51,751 nucleotides of DNA, taken from positions 1 to 51,751 of the forward strand of contig CAZCLD010000002.1 of assembly GCA_964499425.1 (NCBI GenBank), written 5' to 3'. A program made the position numbers and the translations under genes. The notes under the pieces are model-generated. The model was not told the DNA's origin. It worked only from the letters and a program-made list of their open reading frames with translations, and did no database searches. This stretch comes from an uncultured Candidatus Peribacteria bacterium. GTDB taxonomy: Bacteria; Patescibacteriota; Gracilibacteria; UBA1369; LOWO2-01-FULL-3. This document shows positions 7,874-18,541 of the stretch, piece by piece (position 1 is the stretch's first letter; every line of letters begins with the position of its first letter).

Positions 7874-10666
7874 ATGGAGCTGAATTCAAATCAAAGCAAG
7901 GCTGTTTCGCATGACAAAGGGCCGCTTCTTATCATCGCTGGTGCTGGCACTGGCAAGACGAGGGTTATTACTTCGCGTATTTTAGAGTTGATTAATTCCG
8001 GCAAGGCTTCCCCCACTGAGATTCTTGCACTTACTTTCACGGAAAAGGCTTCCAATGAAATGATTGAGCGCATCGATATTGAAATGCCTCTTGGCTACGA
8101 GGAGCTGAATATTCGAACTTTCCATGCTTTTTCCGATCAGCTTCTCCGGGAATCCGGTTTGGAAATAGGTATTGATCCCGGATACAAGATCCTTAGCCAG
8201 GTCGATCAGTGGTTCTTTTTCAAGAAGCACCTTTTTGATTTCGATTTGGATTACTATAGGCCTCTGGGTAATCCTAATCGCTTCATTTATTCTATTTTGA
8301 ACCATTTTAGTAAGCTGAAGGATGAGTTAATCGATGTTGATGATTACATCAAGTTCAGTGATAAATTAAGTGGTGAAGACCAGCAGAAGATGCAGGAGAT
8401 AGCAAAGACTTTTGGAAAGTATCAGGAGGTTCTATTAGAGAATAATTATCTGGATTTTGCAGACCTGAGCTATTATGCCAATAAATTACTCGAGAAGAGA
8501 TCCTCTGTCCTGGAAAAGTATCGAAAGCAATTTAAGTATATTCTTGTTGATGAGTTCCAGGATACTAATTACGCTCAGTTCCAACTGGTCCTGAAATTGG
8601 CTGGAGATCATAAGAATCTCTGTGTGGTTGGGGATGATGATCAAAGTATTTACAAATGGCGGGGGGCGAGTCTGAGCAATATTCTTCAATTTGAGAAGCA
8701 CTTTCCTTCTACTGAGAAAATCGTTTTGACCGATAATTATCGAAGCTCTCAGAACATCTTGGATTGTTCATACTCTTTGATCCAGAATAATAATCCGGAC
8801 CGCTTGGAGCCACGTCTTGGTCTAAGTAAAAAGTTAACATGTCACTCTTCTGAGGATAATCCGGTGGAGGTCCATCATTTTCCTGATTTTATCCAGGAGA
8901 GCAGCTTTGTTGCTGAAAGAATCAAGGAACTTCATGAAAGTGAGGGAGCTGACTATAAGGATTTCGCAATTTTGTTGCGAGCCAATCAGCAAACTCACCC
9001 CTTTATAGACGAATTAAAGCAACTGGGGATCCCCTATCAAGTCAAGAACCCAAAGGGCCTTTTTTCGCTAGATGAAATCAAGGATTTGATTGCTGTTGTC
9101 CGTTTGGTCGCAGCTCCGAATGATGATATTAGCTTGCTGAGAATTTTGAAGATGGATGTGTTCGACATACAAATGTCTGAGATTTTGGAATTCCTAGGGA
9201 AGCATAAATCCCAGCTGTTTAGGCAACTTGAGAAGCCTGAGGAGCCATTGCCGGGATTCGAGGACGGGTTTTCGAAAATCCATAAGTTGTTCACACATCT
9301 AATCGAATTTTCAAAGAAGCACTCAGTCGGCTTGGTTATCAACGAATTTTTGAATGGCTCTGGTTATCTGCGATATCTGACTGAGAAGGAACATTTTGAG
9401 GTACTTGATAACATAAATGAGTTCGCCAGGCAGGTCTCTAAATTCGAGAAGGAAAATGAGGATAGTACTGCGCTTGATTTTGTGAATTACCTGAATTTGC
9501 TAGAGGAGGCTAATGCTGTTTTTGCTGTTGATAGTTTTGGTGATAGGAATTCTGTTCAAATTTTGACGGCACATGGTTCTAAGGGCCTTGAATTTGACTA
9601 TGTCTTTGTCGCTAATGCTGTCAGTCAGCGATTTCCGAGCACAAGGCGGAGTGAGCCTTTTGAAATCCCTGAAGAGCTGACCAACGAGATTTACCCCGAT
9701 GGGGATTTTCATCTACAAGAGGAGAGGCGCCTGTTCTATGTGGCCATGACTAGGGCTAGGAAGCGGCTTTTCATTAGTTATAGTGATCAATATGAGGGTA
9801 ATAAGAAATGGAAAGTCTCGCCATTTGTTCTGGAGGTGACGGCATCCGGTGCCTCAAAGGCTATTGATCATAAGCCTACCGAGGATGCTGTAAAACGTTT
9901 GCAGGTTTTTAAGGAGCCCAACAGCCCTATATTTGACCTACCTAGCTTTAGGAAGAAGCGCCTCAGTTATTCGCAGTTTGATACCTTTCAAACTTGTCCT
10001 CTGAAATATAATTATCGCTATATGATGGGTATTCCTGTGCCACCTTCTCACGCTGCAAACTTTGGTAGTAGCGTGCACAATACTCTGAATCAATTTTATA
10101 GGATTCTTAAGCAGGGCGATCAGGTGAGTTTGGAACTTTTGAAGAATCTGTATGAAAAGAATTGGTTATCTCAGGGGTATGAGAATGCTGAGCACGAAAA
10201 GACGAGAAAAGAGAAAGGCTGGGAGGTTTTGGAGGTTTTCTATGAGAGTAATAGTGATCCGTGGACGATTCCTGCATTTTTGGAGAAGCCATTTAATCTA
10301 AAGATGGGCGATTTTTGGATTAATGGAAGGATTGACCGGATTGATAAGCTTACTGATGGCAGCTACGAGGTCATAGACTATAAAACTGGTCGATCTAAAA
10401 GCTACCATAATCTTGAGAAGGATTTGCAATTATCCATCTATGCCTTGGCCTGTAGAGATGTGCTCAAGTTACCTGTTTCAATGCTGAGCCTTTACTATCT
10501 AGAGGAAAACGAAAAGCTCTCGACGAATAGAACTGATGAGTACTTAGACAGTTTATCGCACGACGTATCAGGTCTGATTAGTGAGATGGAACACTCCAAA
10601 TTCCCTGCTACTCCGGGGTTTCAGTGTAATTTTTGCGACTTTAAATTGATCTGTCCTGCAGTCTAG
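7874..10666 (+). CDS. UvrD/PcrA-family helicase fused to a C-terminal PD-(D/E)xK nuclease with a 4-Cys (AddB/Cas4-like) cluster
   Basis: Helicase motifs GAGTGKT, LVDEFQDTN, VGDDDQSIYKWRGA, TAHGSKGLEF and YVAMTRARKRL. The C-terminus has GRIDRID...EVIDYKTG and the cysteines C-PLKY ... C-NF-C-DFKLI-C. Confidence 0.85.
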   Translation: MELNSNQSKAVSHDKGPLLIIAGAGTGKTRVITSRILELINSGKASPTEILALTFTEKASNEMIERIDIEMPLGYEELNIRTFHAFSDQLLRESGLEIGIDPGYKILSQVDQWFFFKKHLFDFDLDYYRPLGNPNRFIYSILNHFSKLKDELIDVDDYIKFSDKLSGEDQQKMQEIAKTFGKYQEVLLENNYLDFADLSYYANKLLEKRSSVLEKYRKQFKYILVDEFQDTNYAQFQLVLKLAGDHKNLCVVGDDDQSIYKWRGASLSNILQFEKHFPSTEKIVLTDNYRSSQNILDCSYSLIQNNNPDRLEPRLGLSKKLTCHSSEDNPVEVHHFPDFIQESSFVAERIKELHESEGADYKDFAILLRANQQTHPFIDELKQLGIPYQVKNPKGLFSLDEIKDLIAVVRLVAAPNDDISLLRILKMDVFDIQMSEILEFLGKHKSQLFRQLEKPEEPLPGFEDGFSKIHKLFTHLIEFSKKHSVGLVINEFLNGSGYLRYLTEKEHFEVLDNINEFARQVSKFEKENEDSTALDFVNYLNLLEEANAVFAVDSFGDRNSVQILTAHGSKGLEFDYVFVANAVSQRFPSTRRSEPFEIPEELTNEIYPDGDFHLQEERRLFYVAMTRARKRLFISYSDQYEGNKKWKVSPFVLEVTASGASKAIDHKPTEDAVKRLQVFKEPNSPIFDLPSFRKKRLSYSQFDTFQTCPLKYNYRYMMGIPVPPSHAANFGSSVHNTLNQFYRILKQGDQVSLELLKNLYEKNWLSQGYENAEHEKTRKEKGWEVLEVFYESNSDPWTIPAFLEKPFNLKMGDFWINGRIDRIDKLTDGSYEVIDYKTGRSKSYHNLEKDLQLSIYALACRDVLKLPVSMLSLYYLEENEKLSTNRTDEYLDSLSHDVSGLISEMEHSKFPATPGFQCNFCDFKLICPAV

Positions 10667-11175
10667 AGGAAAAACTGTGAGCTTACCTCGTTATTGTCTT
10701 CATTCTCTTCCTTGACGTTGTTTTCCGTATCAATCATTGCCCTGATTGTCCCTTGATTCTCGTACTGGTAGATACTGCGAGATATCGGATATATGAAATT
10801 AAATGAGTCCCCCGGGCTCATGTAGGTATAGGAGTCTATGTTTGAAAATATTTCGATGAAATCCCCCTGACCGGATCCTAGAGAAATTGCGTACCTAAAG
10901 GGCGTTTGCCCGTCAATAGCTCCTGGCCCGAGGTTTTCTATAGTCACATTCACACTTATGTCCCCCTCCGGGCTGTCGGGCGGAATTACTTGGAGGCTCG
11001 CACTTAAATCGGGCTTTAGGAATTGATCTACTAGGTTGTTATCTCCGATTTCTGCCTCTTCCTGAAGCTCTATTTGCCCCTTAAAAAGCGATGTATTGCT
11101 CGTCTGAAACGCGAGCACCCCTATTACCACAGAGACCAATAGAACAGTGACTAATGTGCTTTTATGTACGCTCAT
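10663..11175 (-). CDS. Hypothetical signal-anchored protein (possible CARDB-like beta domain)
   Basis: An N-terminal TM/signal segment. The segment ISVNVTIENLGPGAI resembles CARDB-type domains, but the assignment is weak. Confidence 0.4.
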   Translation of the reverse strand: MSVHKSTLVTVLLVSVVIGVLAFQTSNTSLFKGQIELQEEAEIGDNNLVDQFLKPDLSASLQVIPPDSPEGDISVNVTIENLGPGAIDGQTPFRYAISLGSGQGDFIEIFSNIDSYTYMSPGDSFNFIYPISRSIYQYENQGTIRAMIDTENNVKEENEDNNEVSSQFFL

Positions 11176-11184
11176 GGATTTATT

Positions 11185-12270
11185 TTAAACTTCAACTTTT
11201 GGTTTGTCTATTAAAACAGACTCACTCTTCCCTCCCTCCTTTCCATCGGTAATTTTGTATATGTCCTTGTCTATTTTGCCGAATTCCTTGTATGCGGAAT
11301 TATACATATTAACTGTTGTTCCCAGGTTATTGCCCATTTTCTGCATATATGTTTCATAGCTCCCCAAGTGCCTTCCCAGATTTTGGATGTTCTTCTTTAT
11401 CTTTTCCATAGACTCCTCCATTTTCAGGCTTTTGAGACCTTGTAGGACCGTTTGAAGGTAAGCGAAAAAAGATGTTGGAGATACTATTATCACATGCTTT
11501 TTGAATGCATATTCTATAAGGTCATTTGCATTGATATCCATATTGCCGACCTTGTAGACCAGTAGATTGTAGTAAATACCTTCTGCAGGAATGAACATAA
11601 ATGCAAAATCCGTAGTATTCTCCTTTGCCCTTATGTATTTGGCAGTTTCATCTATACGATTTTTTATATCCCCCTTGAATTCCTTTTCAAGAGTTTCGCG
11701 CTTCTTGTCATCCTTTTCCTCTATAATTTTGTTGTATTTCTCGAGTGAGAATTTTGCGTCTATAGGGATTATCTTTTCTCTGAAGAAAATTGCTGCATCA
11801 ACGATTTCTCCATTCTCAAATTTGTACTGCATTTTATACTGATTTGGCTGGAGTACATGCCCCAGCAATGTTTCTAGAAAGTACTCTCCTAGAATCCCTC
11901 TTTGCTTTGGATTTTTGAGAATACCTTCTAGGCTTTGAAGCTTTTCAGAGAAATTTAGCACCTGTTTGTTTGTCTCTTTTACTGTGGAGAGTTCGTGGGT
12001 TATCTCTTTTATCATCTTTGCACTTTCCGTGAATTGCTTTTGCATTGTGTTAGACGAAACCTCAAGCCCTTTTGCCAGGCGCTCTTGTATTTTATCGAGT
12101 CTATCTTGTACCTCTTTGCGATCCTCGTTCCCCGATTCCCGGAGTTCCTTACGAAGGGCTTCGATGTACTCAAACATCATTTCGCTGTTTGAGCTTGGTT
12201 TGTGGCGATAGATTATAAATCCAAGCGCTGCGAGAATTGAGAGGCCAAGTATTGCAATTAGAATTTCCAT
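11185..12270 (-). CDS. rmuC: DNA recombination protein RmuC
   Basis: N-terminal TM helix, a long coiled coil, then the RmuC nuclease-like core (DAAIFFREKIIPIDAKF, FMFIPAEGIYY). Confidence 0.85.
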   Translation of the reverse strand: MEILIAILGLSILAALGFIIYRHKPSSNSEMMFEYIEALRKELRESGNEDRKEVQDRLDKIQERLAKGLEVSSNTMQKQFTESAKMIKEITHELSTVKETNKQVLNFSEKLQSLEGILKNPKQRGILGEYFLETLLGHVLQPNQYKMQYKFENGEIVDAAIFFREKIIPIDAKFSLEKYNKIIEEKDDKKRETLEKEFKGDIKNRIDETAKYIRAKENTTDFAFMFIPAEGIYYNLLVYKVGNMDINANDLIEYAFKKHVIIVSPTSFFAYLQTVLQGLKSLKMEESMEKIKKNIQNLGRHLGSYETYMQKMGNNLGTTVNMYNSAYKEFGKIDKDIYKITDGKEGGKSESVLIDKPKVEV

Positions 12271-12366
12271 GACTGTATTCTTACGGATTCTGAGCTTTTA
12301 TTCAACCTTTACATTAAACCTGTTTTTCCGTAGACTGCTTAAGGCTTTTTCATTGTTTTAGGGCTT

Positions 12367-14475
12367 ATGTCAACCAAAATCGCCGATTTGGCAGAAAAAT
12401 TAGATTTACCATTGAAGCAGCTTAAGGAGAAAATTGTTGAGTTGGGTTTTGAGTTAACTCCAAGAGCTAGGGTTATTGATGATGAAATTGCTGAGCTTAT
12501 ACTGGATGAATTGGGCAATGAAGACTCTGATGCTGAGGATGCACCTGCCGAAAAAGAGGACATTGCTGAGATTTATGATGAGATAATTGCAGAGGAAAGG
12601 GAAAGGGAGATTGTTAAGAGCCAGCGTAAGAAAACCGCTGGTAGAGACACTAAAAAGAAGACTACGATCGACACAGAGGTTGTGAGTATTGAAGGTGCAA
12701 TTTCAATTCCTGAATCAATAGCTGTCAAAGAGTTTGCTGAAAAAACTGGATTGAATGCAGCGAAAATCATTGGTGAACTTATGAAAAATGGAATTTTGGC
12801 GAATATTAATCAGCAGATTGATTTTGATACGGCTCAGGTTATTGCAGATGATTTAGGGATTAAGATTAAACGAATTCGTGATGTTGCCGGCGCAGAGGAA
12901 TTTATGGCTGGTGATATTTCAAATCTGCTCAAAGAGGATGATTCTTCTCTGATGCAAGACAGAGCACCAGTGGTAGTCGTTATGGGACATGTAGACCATG
13001 GTAAGACTCAACTTCTTGATGCCATTCGTGAGACTGATGTTGTCGCCAAGGAATCTGGTGGGATCACTCAGCATATTGGTGCTTATCAGGTTGAGAAGAA
13101 GAAGAAACTGATTACTTTTCTAGATACACCTGGGCACGAGGCATTTACCTCAATGCGAGCTCGTGGCGCCAAGGTTACTGATATTGCTATCCTGGTTGTG
13201 GCCGCTGATGAGGGAGTTAAACCCCAAACCATTGAGGCCATTAATCATGCTAAGGATGCTGGGGTTCCAATTATTGTTGCTATTAACAAAATTGATAAGC
13301 CCGAGGCCAATCCTGACAAGGTTAAAGGGGAGCTGGCGGAGCATGAGCTGCAGCCGGAAGATTGGGGGGGCAAAACTGTAATGGTGAATGTTTCTGCTTT
13401 AAATGGCGAAGGGATAGATTCTCTGCTTGATATGGTACTTCTGACTGCTGAAATGGAGGAACTCAAGGCAAATGCTGAGCGTGAGGCTGTTGGGACTGTG
13501 ATTGAGGCGCATCTGGATCAAAATCTTGGTCCGGTTGCGACTGTTCTTGTGAATACCGGTACACTAAAAATCATGAATAGTGTGATTGTTGGAAATACTT
13601 ATGGACGCGTTAAGCTAATGCAGGACCATAATGCTAAAAAGGTTAGAACTGCTGGTCCTTCTACCCCTGTACTAATTGCGGGTCTCAATTCAACTCCGCG
13701 TAGCGGAGACATTCTTCAAGTTGTAAAGAGTGAAAAAGTCGCGAGGGAGAGAGCTGAGGAAATAGGTATGATTACCAAGAAAGAGTCCATGGATAAGCTT
13801 TCTGCTACTAATCAAATTATTTCTCAGGTTAAATCCGACAAAATTTTGAAACTGATTGTTAAGGCGGATGCGAAAGGGTCCATGGAGGCTATCAAGCAAT
13901 CTATTGCTAAAATCAAAGATGATGAGGTTGCGATCAAATTGATCCATACTGGGGTTGGTCGTGTAACTGAGTCTGATGTGATGATGGCTTCTGCCAGTAG
14001 AGGTCTTGTTGTCGCTTTTCACAGCGATTTTGATTCCCCAAATGTAAAGAGGACTGCCGAACGGGAAAATGTCGAGGTAAAACAATACACTGTTATATAT
14101 GATTTGATTGAGGATATAAAGAAGATTTTGAGTGGTTTGCTTGAGCCTGAAATTGTTGAGAAAGTGATTGGAAGGGCTGAGGTGAAGAAGATCTTCCTAA
14201 CCAAGAAAAAGGAGATGATAATTGGTGCAAGGGTTCTTACCGGAAAACTCAAGAACAAAGCTAAATTGAGGATTATCAGAGGTGTTACCGCGGAGGAAGA
14301 GGATAACATCGTTGGCAATGGCGAAATTGATACTTTGAGGAAGGTTGAGGAAAAGGTCAAGGAGATCAAAGAGGGTAATGAATGTGGAATTAAGTTTGTC
14401 GGTGATCCAATTGTTGAGGAGGGAGATATCTTGGAGGCCGTTGAAGTATCAGAAAAAATCCGAACGATCGCTTAG
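12367..14475 (+). CDS. infB: Translation initiation factor IF-2
   Basis: GTPase motifs [16 protein letters not shown] and NKID, followed by the IF-2 C-terminal domains. Confidence 0.95.
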   Translation: MSTKIADLAEKLDLPLKQLKEKIVELGFELTPRARVIDDEIAELILDELGNEDSDAEDAPAEKEDIAEIYDEIIAEEREREIVKSQRKKTAGRDTKKKTTIDTEVVSIEGAISIPESIAVKEFAEKTGLNAAKIIGELMKNGILANINQQIDFDTAQVIADDLGIKIKRIRDVAGAEEFMAGDISNLLKEDDSSLMQDRAPVVVVMGHVDHGKTQLLDAIRETDVVAKESGGITQHIGAYQVEKKKKLITFLDTPGHEAFTSMRARGAKVTDIAILVVAADEGVKPQTIEAINHAKDAGVPIIVAINKIDKPEANPDKVKGELAEHELQPEDWGGKTVMVNVSALNGEGIDSLLDMVLLTAEMEELKANAEREAVGTVIEAHLDQNLGPVATVLVNTGTLKIMNSVIVGNTYGRVKLMQDHNAKKVRTAGPSTPVLIAGLNSTPRSGDILQVVKSEKVARERAEEIGMITKKESMDKLSATNQIISQVKSDKILKLIVKADAKGSMEAIKQSIAKIKDDEVAIKLIHTGVGRVTESDVMMASASRGLVVAFHSDFDSPNVKRTAERENVEVKQYTVIYDLIEDIKKILSGLLEPEIVEKVIGRAEVKKIFLTKKKEMIIGARVLTGKLKNKAKLRIIRGVTAEEEDNIVGNGEIDTLRKVEEKVKEIKEGNECGIKFVGDPIVEEGDILEAVEVSEKIRTIA

Positions 14476-14477
14476 TT

Positions 14478-14870
14478 ATGGAAAAGTTAAAGAAAATAAA
14501 GCTAGAGAGCTTTGCAGATAATCGCGGTGTTTTGACGCCAATTGAGATCAAAGATTACGTCGATTGGCCTGTTAAGCGAGTATACTTTTTGACAGATGTG
14601 ACTGAAGCGCGCGGTGGGCATGCTGTGCGTGGCGAAAAGAAAATGTATGTCTGCCAAAAGGGTCGTGTGCGGGCTCGCCTTCATGATGGTGAGCAATGGC
14701 ATGAATTTGCACTTGAAGGCCCCAATGACGCTATTTTGATGAATGATATGTGCTTCCGAGATTTTTATGAATTCTCTCCTGATGCTGTACTTATGGCTAT
14801 CTCTTCGGTAAACTACGTTCCTAGTGATTATATTTACGATCTAGAAGAATTTAAAAAAGAAGCATTATGA
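14478..14870 (+). CDS. FdtA/WxcM-like sugar 3,4-ketoisomerase (cupin)
   Basis: 130-aa cupin with the FdtA-type pattern F-DNRG-L...VKRVYFL...ARGGHA. Its stop overlaps the rfbB start (ATGA). Confidence 0.65.
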   Translation: MEKLKKIKLESFADNRGVLTPIEIKDYVDWPVKRVYFLTDVTEARGGHAVRGEKKMYVCQKGRVRARLHDGEQWHEFALEGPNDAILMNDMCFRDFYEFSPDAVLMAISSVNYVPSDYIYDLEEFKKEAL

Positions 14871-15901
14871 AAATTTTGATAACAGGGGGGGCTGGTTTCA
14901 TTGGTAGTAATTATGCTCATTATAGGTTTGAAAAATACCCTTCCGATGAAATATATGTCTTGGATAAACTCACCTATGCTGGAAATCTGGATAATTTGAG
15001 TGCTCTTATGGATGAGGAGCGGTTTCACTTTATTCAAGGCGATATTGCGGACAAGGCTTTTGTGGAAGCTCTATTCGAGCGCGAGAAGTTTGATAAAGTT
15101 GTGAATTTTGCCGCTGAGACGCATGTTGATCGTAGTATTACTGGCCCGTCGATTTTTGTTCTCACAAATATTGTTGGGAGTCATAATTTGCTTGAGGCAG
15201 CCCGGTTGAACGGTGTGAAGCGCTATCATCAAGTATCGACTGATGAGGTATATGGTGATCTAGGGACTGATTCTGATGATCTTTTCACTGAAGAGACTCC
15301 AATTGCGCCAAATTGCCCTTATGCCGCGTCTAAGGCTTCTGCTGATCTGCTCGTTCGCAGCTATTTTGAGACTTATCAAATGGGCGTGACTGTTAGCCGG
15401 TGCAGCAATAATTATGGACCTTATCAATTTCCAGAGAAGTTAATCCCCTATTTCTTTCGTTTGATTTCTGAGGATAAGCCCGTGCCTGTGTATGGGGATG
15501 GCAAGAATGTGCGCGATTGGCTTTATGTGATCGATCATTGCGTGGCGATTGATACGATCTTGGAGAATGGTCGTATCGGTGAGGCTTATAATATTGGTGG
15601 AAATAATGAAAAGACGAATTTAGAGATCACTAAATTTTTGTTGGATTTTCTTGGACGTGACGAGAGTTTGATCACTTATGTGGATGATAGACTTGCTCAT
15701 GACAGACGTTATGCCATCGATGCTTCAAAGATGAAGGATCAGTTGGGTTGGGAGCCTTCTGTGGATTTCCCTGAGGGCATACAGAAGACTTTTGATTGGT
15801 ATAAAGAGCATGAAGAGTGGTCACATAAGTTAATGGATAAGATTGAGGAGAGAAAGCATAAGAAAGTTAGTAAGACTCCGCTTGAGACTAGTCGGGTCTA
15901 A
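14867..15901 (+). CDS. rfbB: dTDP-glucose 4,6-dehydratase
   Basis: GGAGFIGSN Rossmann motif, YAASKASAD catalytic YxxxK, and full-length SDR-extended architecture. Confidence 0.9.
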   Translation: MKILITGGAGFIGSNYAHYRFEKYPSDEIYVLDKLTYAGNLDNLSALMDEERFHFIQGDIADKAFVEALFEREKFDKVVNFAAETHVDRSITGPSIFVLTNIVGSHNLLEAARLNGVKRYHQVSTDEVYGDLGTDSDDLFTEETPIAPNCPYAASKASADLLVRSYFETYQMGVTVSRCSNNYGPYQFPEKLIPYFFRLISEDKPVPVYGDGKNVRDWLYVIDHCVAIDTILENGRIGEAYNIGGNNEKTNLEITKFLLDFLGRDESLITYVDDRLAHDRRYAIDASKMKDQLGWEPSVDFPEGIQKTFDWYKEHEEWSHKLMDKIEERKHKKVSKTPLETSRV

Positions 15902-15954
15902 ATGTTGGCCGATGAAGCCTGAACGTGACTAACCTTGCATGAGTTAGCCGTTTC

Positions 15955-16425
15955 ATGGTAGTTTTAGACATCATGGAAGACGAAGAAATACAAGCAGATG
16001 TTGGAGTTTTGGATCCCGTGGAGGTGACCGAGGATACGCCTCGCTCTACGGGGATTGATCGTCGTGGATTTGTAGTTGGAAGTGTTTCGGCTGCGGTAAC
16101 CCTAGGCTTGACCCTCGCGGGTTTTAAGGCTAGAGCACAGGACGCTGTGGATGACAAGGAAAGGCAGGCTGCTTATGAAAAAGTGAGGAAAGAAGGATTG
16201 GCGCGGATTGAGAGGAAGGAGAATTATACGTTAAAGTTTGATGGTCGCTTTAAGGGTGGGCACGACATTTTGGCTGTGAGATTTAAGAAGGGTAAATCAG
16301 CGCTGTTTATCCTGAAATATGCTGGTGAGAAGCTTTTGGAGAAGAAGCAATATGCTGTCAGTTCCTACAGTGGATGGCTTGATCACTATAAGGAATTGGG
16401 GTTCAAGGTTTCTGAGCTGGACTAG
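15955..16425 (+). CDS. Hypothetical protein with twin-arginine (Tat)-like signal peptide
   Basis: DRRGFVVG, then the hydrophobic stretch SVSAAVTLGLTLAGF, then KARA. Local G+C looks higher than in neighbouring genes. Confidence 0.6.
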   Translation: MVVLDIMEDEEIQADVGVLDPVEVTEDTPRSTGIDRRGFVVGSVSAAVTLGLTLAGFKARAQDAVDDKERQAAYEKVRKEGLARIERKENYTLKFDGRFKGGHDILAVRFKKGKSALFILKYAGEKLLEKKQYAVSSYSGWLDHYKELGFKVSELD

Positions 16426-16484
16426 TTAAGCTATAAAATCATTTCGATTTCTGCTATAATTGGGGGATTGTTAGCGCTTTAAGT

Positions 16485-17510
16485 ATGAGTGGACCTGAAT
16501 CATTTGGATCTGATAGAGATGTTCGAAAAACACCAAAACAAACTTTTGTGTTTGAGGATGAGCTTGAGATCGATGAAAGCAACCAGGGTTCGCCTGAAAC
16601 TGACAGGAGTGTGGATAAGGATGTAGTTTCAATCCGAGAGGAAGCAGAGGAGGGACTTCAGGGGAAAATTGAGGTCTCAAAGGAAGTATCGAATCAAATT
16701 AAGGATCTTACTTTAGAATACAAAAATAACCTAGGCGAGGAGAATCTCGGCAAGCCATTCGATATCGAGGATGAAAAGCGTCTGGCCGAAGTTATACCTG
16801 AGGAAGAAATACGGGTTAGGGTTATCATGAAACTTAAGGATCAGGAAGGCCTCGAGGGCAAGGACGTCGTCATGGCTGCTGTGCTTGAAAAGATGCTTCT
16901 TTCATATAACAAGAAAAAGGAAGAACTGACGGGAGACGTAAACTCCTATACTCCTTCTCGTCTTCTTGAAGAAGGAGTCGACTCTGAGGCTGTGAAGACA
17001 AAATTGGCGCAGAAAGAAGCTACCTTTGGTCTATTTCAGGAATTGGGGCTTCTAAAGAAAGGGACTTATGATCCTGGTAAACCACTCAACTTCGAGTTGG
17101 CGTTCTCTAATCTTAATACTGCCATTGAAAAGGGAGAGATTACCCTGAAAGACTTTATCACAAAGTATGCTGAGGTCCTTGATGAGGATCCAAAGCAGAC
17201 CATGCAGAATTTCATCAACTTCTATCCTGACTTTAAGAAATTCGGAGGAATTGCTTTGATGCAGGATCGAGCAACAGATCAAGGGAAACTCGGGGACATG
17301 CATGACGCAGTCGCATCTGGGAATTTGGGTGACTTTTATTCTGAGTATGCGAGTGGTTTCGCAGCAGAATGCCCATTCCTTGATAAAGCTGTGGCGGAGG
17401 CTACAGTGAAAATAGGAACCGAAGAGCATACAGCCGAACCTTCAGAGAAGGAGCCAGAATTTGTAGTACAAGAAAATGCCGCCATCGTTGAGGGTGATCG
17501 TGAGAAATAG
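16485..17510 (+). CDS. Hypothetical acidic protein
   Basis: 341-aa ORF with no recognisable motif. An extended -10 (TGCTATAAT, 16452-16460) lies upstream. Confidence 0.6.
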   Translation: MSGPESFGSDRDVRKTPKQTFVFEDELEIDESNQGSPETDRSVDKDVVSIREEAEEGLQGKIEVSKEVSNQIKDLTLEYKNNLGEENLGKPFDIEDEKRLAEVIPEEEIRVRVIMKLKDQEGLEGKDVVMAAVLEKMLLSYNKKKEELTGDVNSYTPSRLLEEGVDSEAVKTKLAQKEATFGLFQELGLLKKGTYDPGKPLNFELAFSNLNTAIEKGEITLKDFITKYAEVLDEDPKQTMQNFINFYPDFKKFGGIALMQDRATDQGKLGDMHDAVASGNLGDFYSEYASGFAAECPFLDKAVAEATVKIGTEEHTAEPSEKEPEFVVQENAAIVEGDREK

Positions 17511-17589
17511 CAAATTTGGTAAGCTTAAAGAGGAGTATGATCGGGGTGAATCTACAGTCGAAAATGAGGATATTGATGCATGAAGCCCT

Positions 17590-18372
17590 CTACGCTGCCA
17601 TTTCCAATTCTTTCATCAAGTAATGTGTAGTTGGTATCACCCTTATTGGCTGATATGGATGGTCAACTGGATCCTCACTTAAGCGAATGGAATGACCTGG
17701 AGCACTGTGTATAACTATCGGTTTTCCGCCTGGGCCTTCTGTGTCTGTAATTGTCACCGAAGCCCTATTAGTTCCTGGTGCTGTAGCTGTCCTTACAACT
17801 GCGCTTTGTAGAGCTGCACTGAGTGGGGGCCTTACAACTCCTGAAGTGTAGCCATAGCCCTCCCTCCACATATCTATTGTAGCGTTTATATGTGCTATCG
17901 TTTCTGGCGGATATTCTCCTCTGATTTCTAGCGCTAACCCTATCTCTGTTGGGGTATGACTGCAGCGACCGCTTATGTAGCTAAATATTGCTCTTGTCTC
18001 AGGATCATCTAAGTCAAACTTACGATTATGAATTTGCGCTACGTTTCCTGGGACAGTAAATACACCAGGATCCTTGTATTCTCCCATATGGCTTACGTGC
18101 ATACTAAGATCAAACGGGTTTTCACCAGGGCTGGTTGCTTGAGCGCGTAGTTGCCTCTGTATTTCTGTAAAGCAAGCGCTGCCAACAATGTCTGATATCT
18201 CATAAAAGGCTGTCCCAAGTAGCCACCTATTTACTGCTTCACATTCTGCATGGGTCATTCTCCCTAATAAATCCTGTGGGTAAATTAATGGATTCGCTTC
18301 TCTATCAGTTAATCTCATTAACTTCGGATTTAGCGTCATCGCAGCTGCGTGGCTAAGTTGTGCAGGTGTCAA
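17590..18372 (-). CDS. Hypothetical protein
   Basis: 260-aa ORF with a TTG start as tracked (ATG alternatives lie downstream). A 100-nt spot count (17701-17800) gives 48% G+C against ~40% elsewhere. No family recognised. Confidence 0.55.
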   Translation of the reverse strand: MTPAQLSHAAAMTLNPKLMRLTDREANPLIYPQDLLGRMTHAECEAVNRWLLGTAFYEISDIVGSACFTEIQRQLRAQATSPGENPFDLSMHVSHMGEYKDPGVFTVPGNVAQIHNRKFDLDDPETRAIFSYISGRCSHTPTEIGLALEIRGEYPPETIAHINATIDMWREGYGYTSGVVRPPLSAALQSAVVRTATAPGTNRASVTITDTEGPGGKPIVIHSAPGHSIRLSEDPVDHPYQPIRVIPTTHYLMKELEMAA

Positions 18373-18506
18373 ATTTTGAAATACTAGATCGCGATCTTCC
18401 GCCGTTTCTACTCCTGTGGTGCTGGCTTTTTCATAATTTGGGTTATTAGTATCTAATTATAGGGCTTATTCCGTGTTTGTCAAACCCTTTCAACCTCTCC
18501 TTTTAT

Positions 18507-18535
18507 TTGCTCAGTTCATAAAAAATCTCTATATT
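18507..18535 (+). promoter_or_regulatory. Putative promoter of proS (TTGCTC-17-TATATT), predicted leaderless
   Basis: -35 at 18507-18512 and -10 at 18530-18535. The proS ATG (18542) lies 7 nt after the -10 hexamer. Confidence 0.45.
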
Positions 18536-18541
18536 TGGGTC

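Noticed and set aside
18386-18397. Perfect 12-nt palindrome AGATCGCGATCT upstream of the 17590-18372 ORF, considered as a possible operator
   Set aside because: A 6+6 perfect palindrome is expected about a dozen times by chance in 51 kb (1 in 4096 per position). There is no second copy and no nearby regulator gene.
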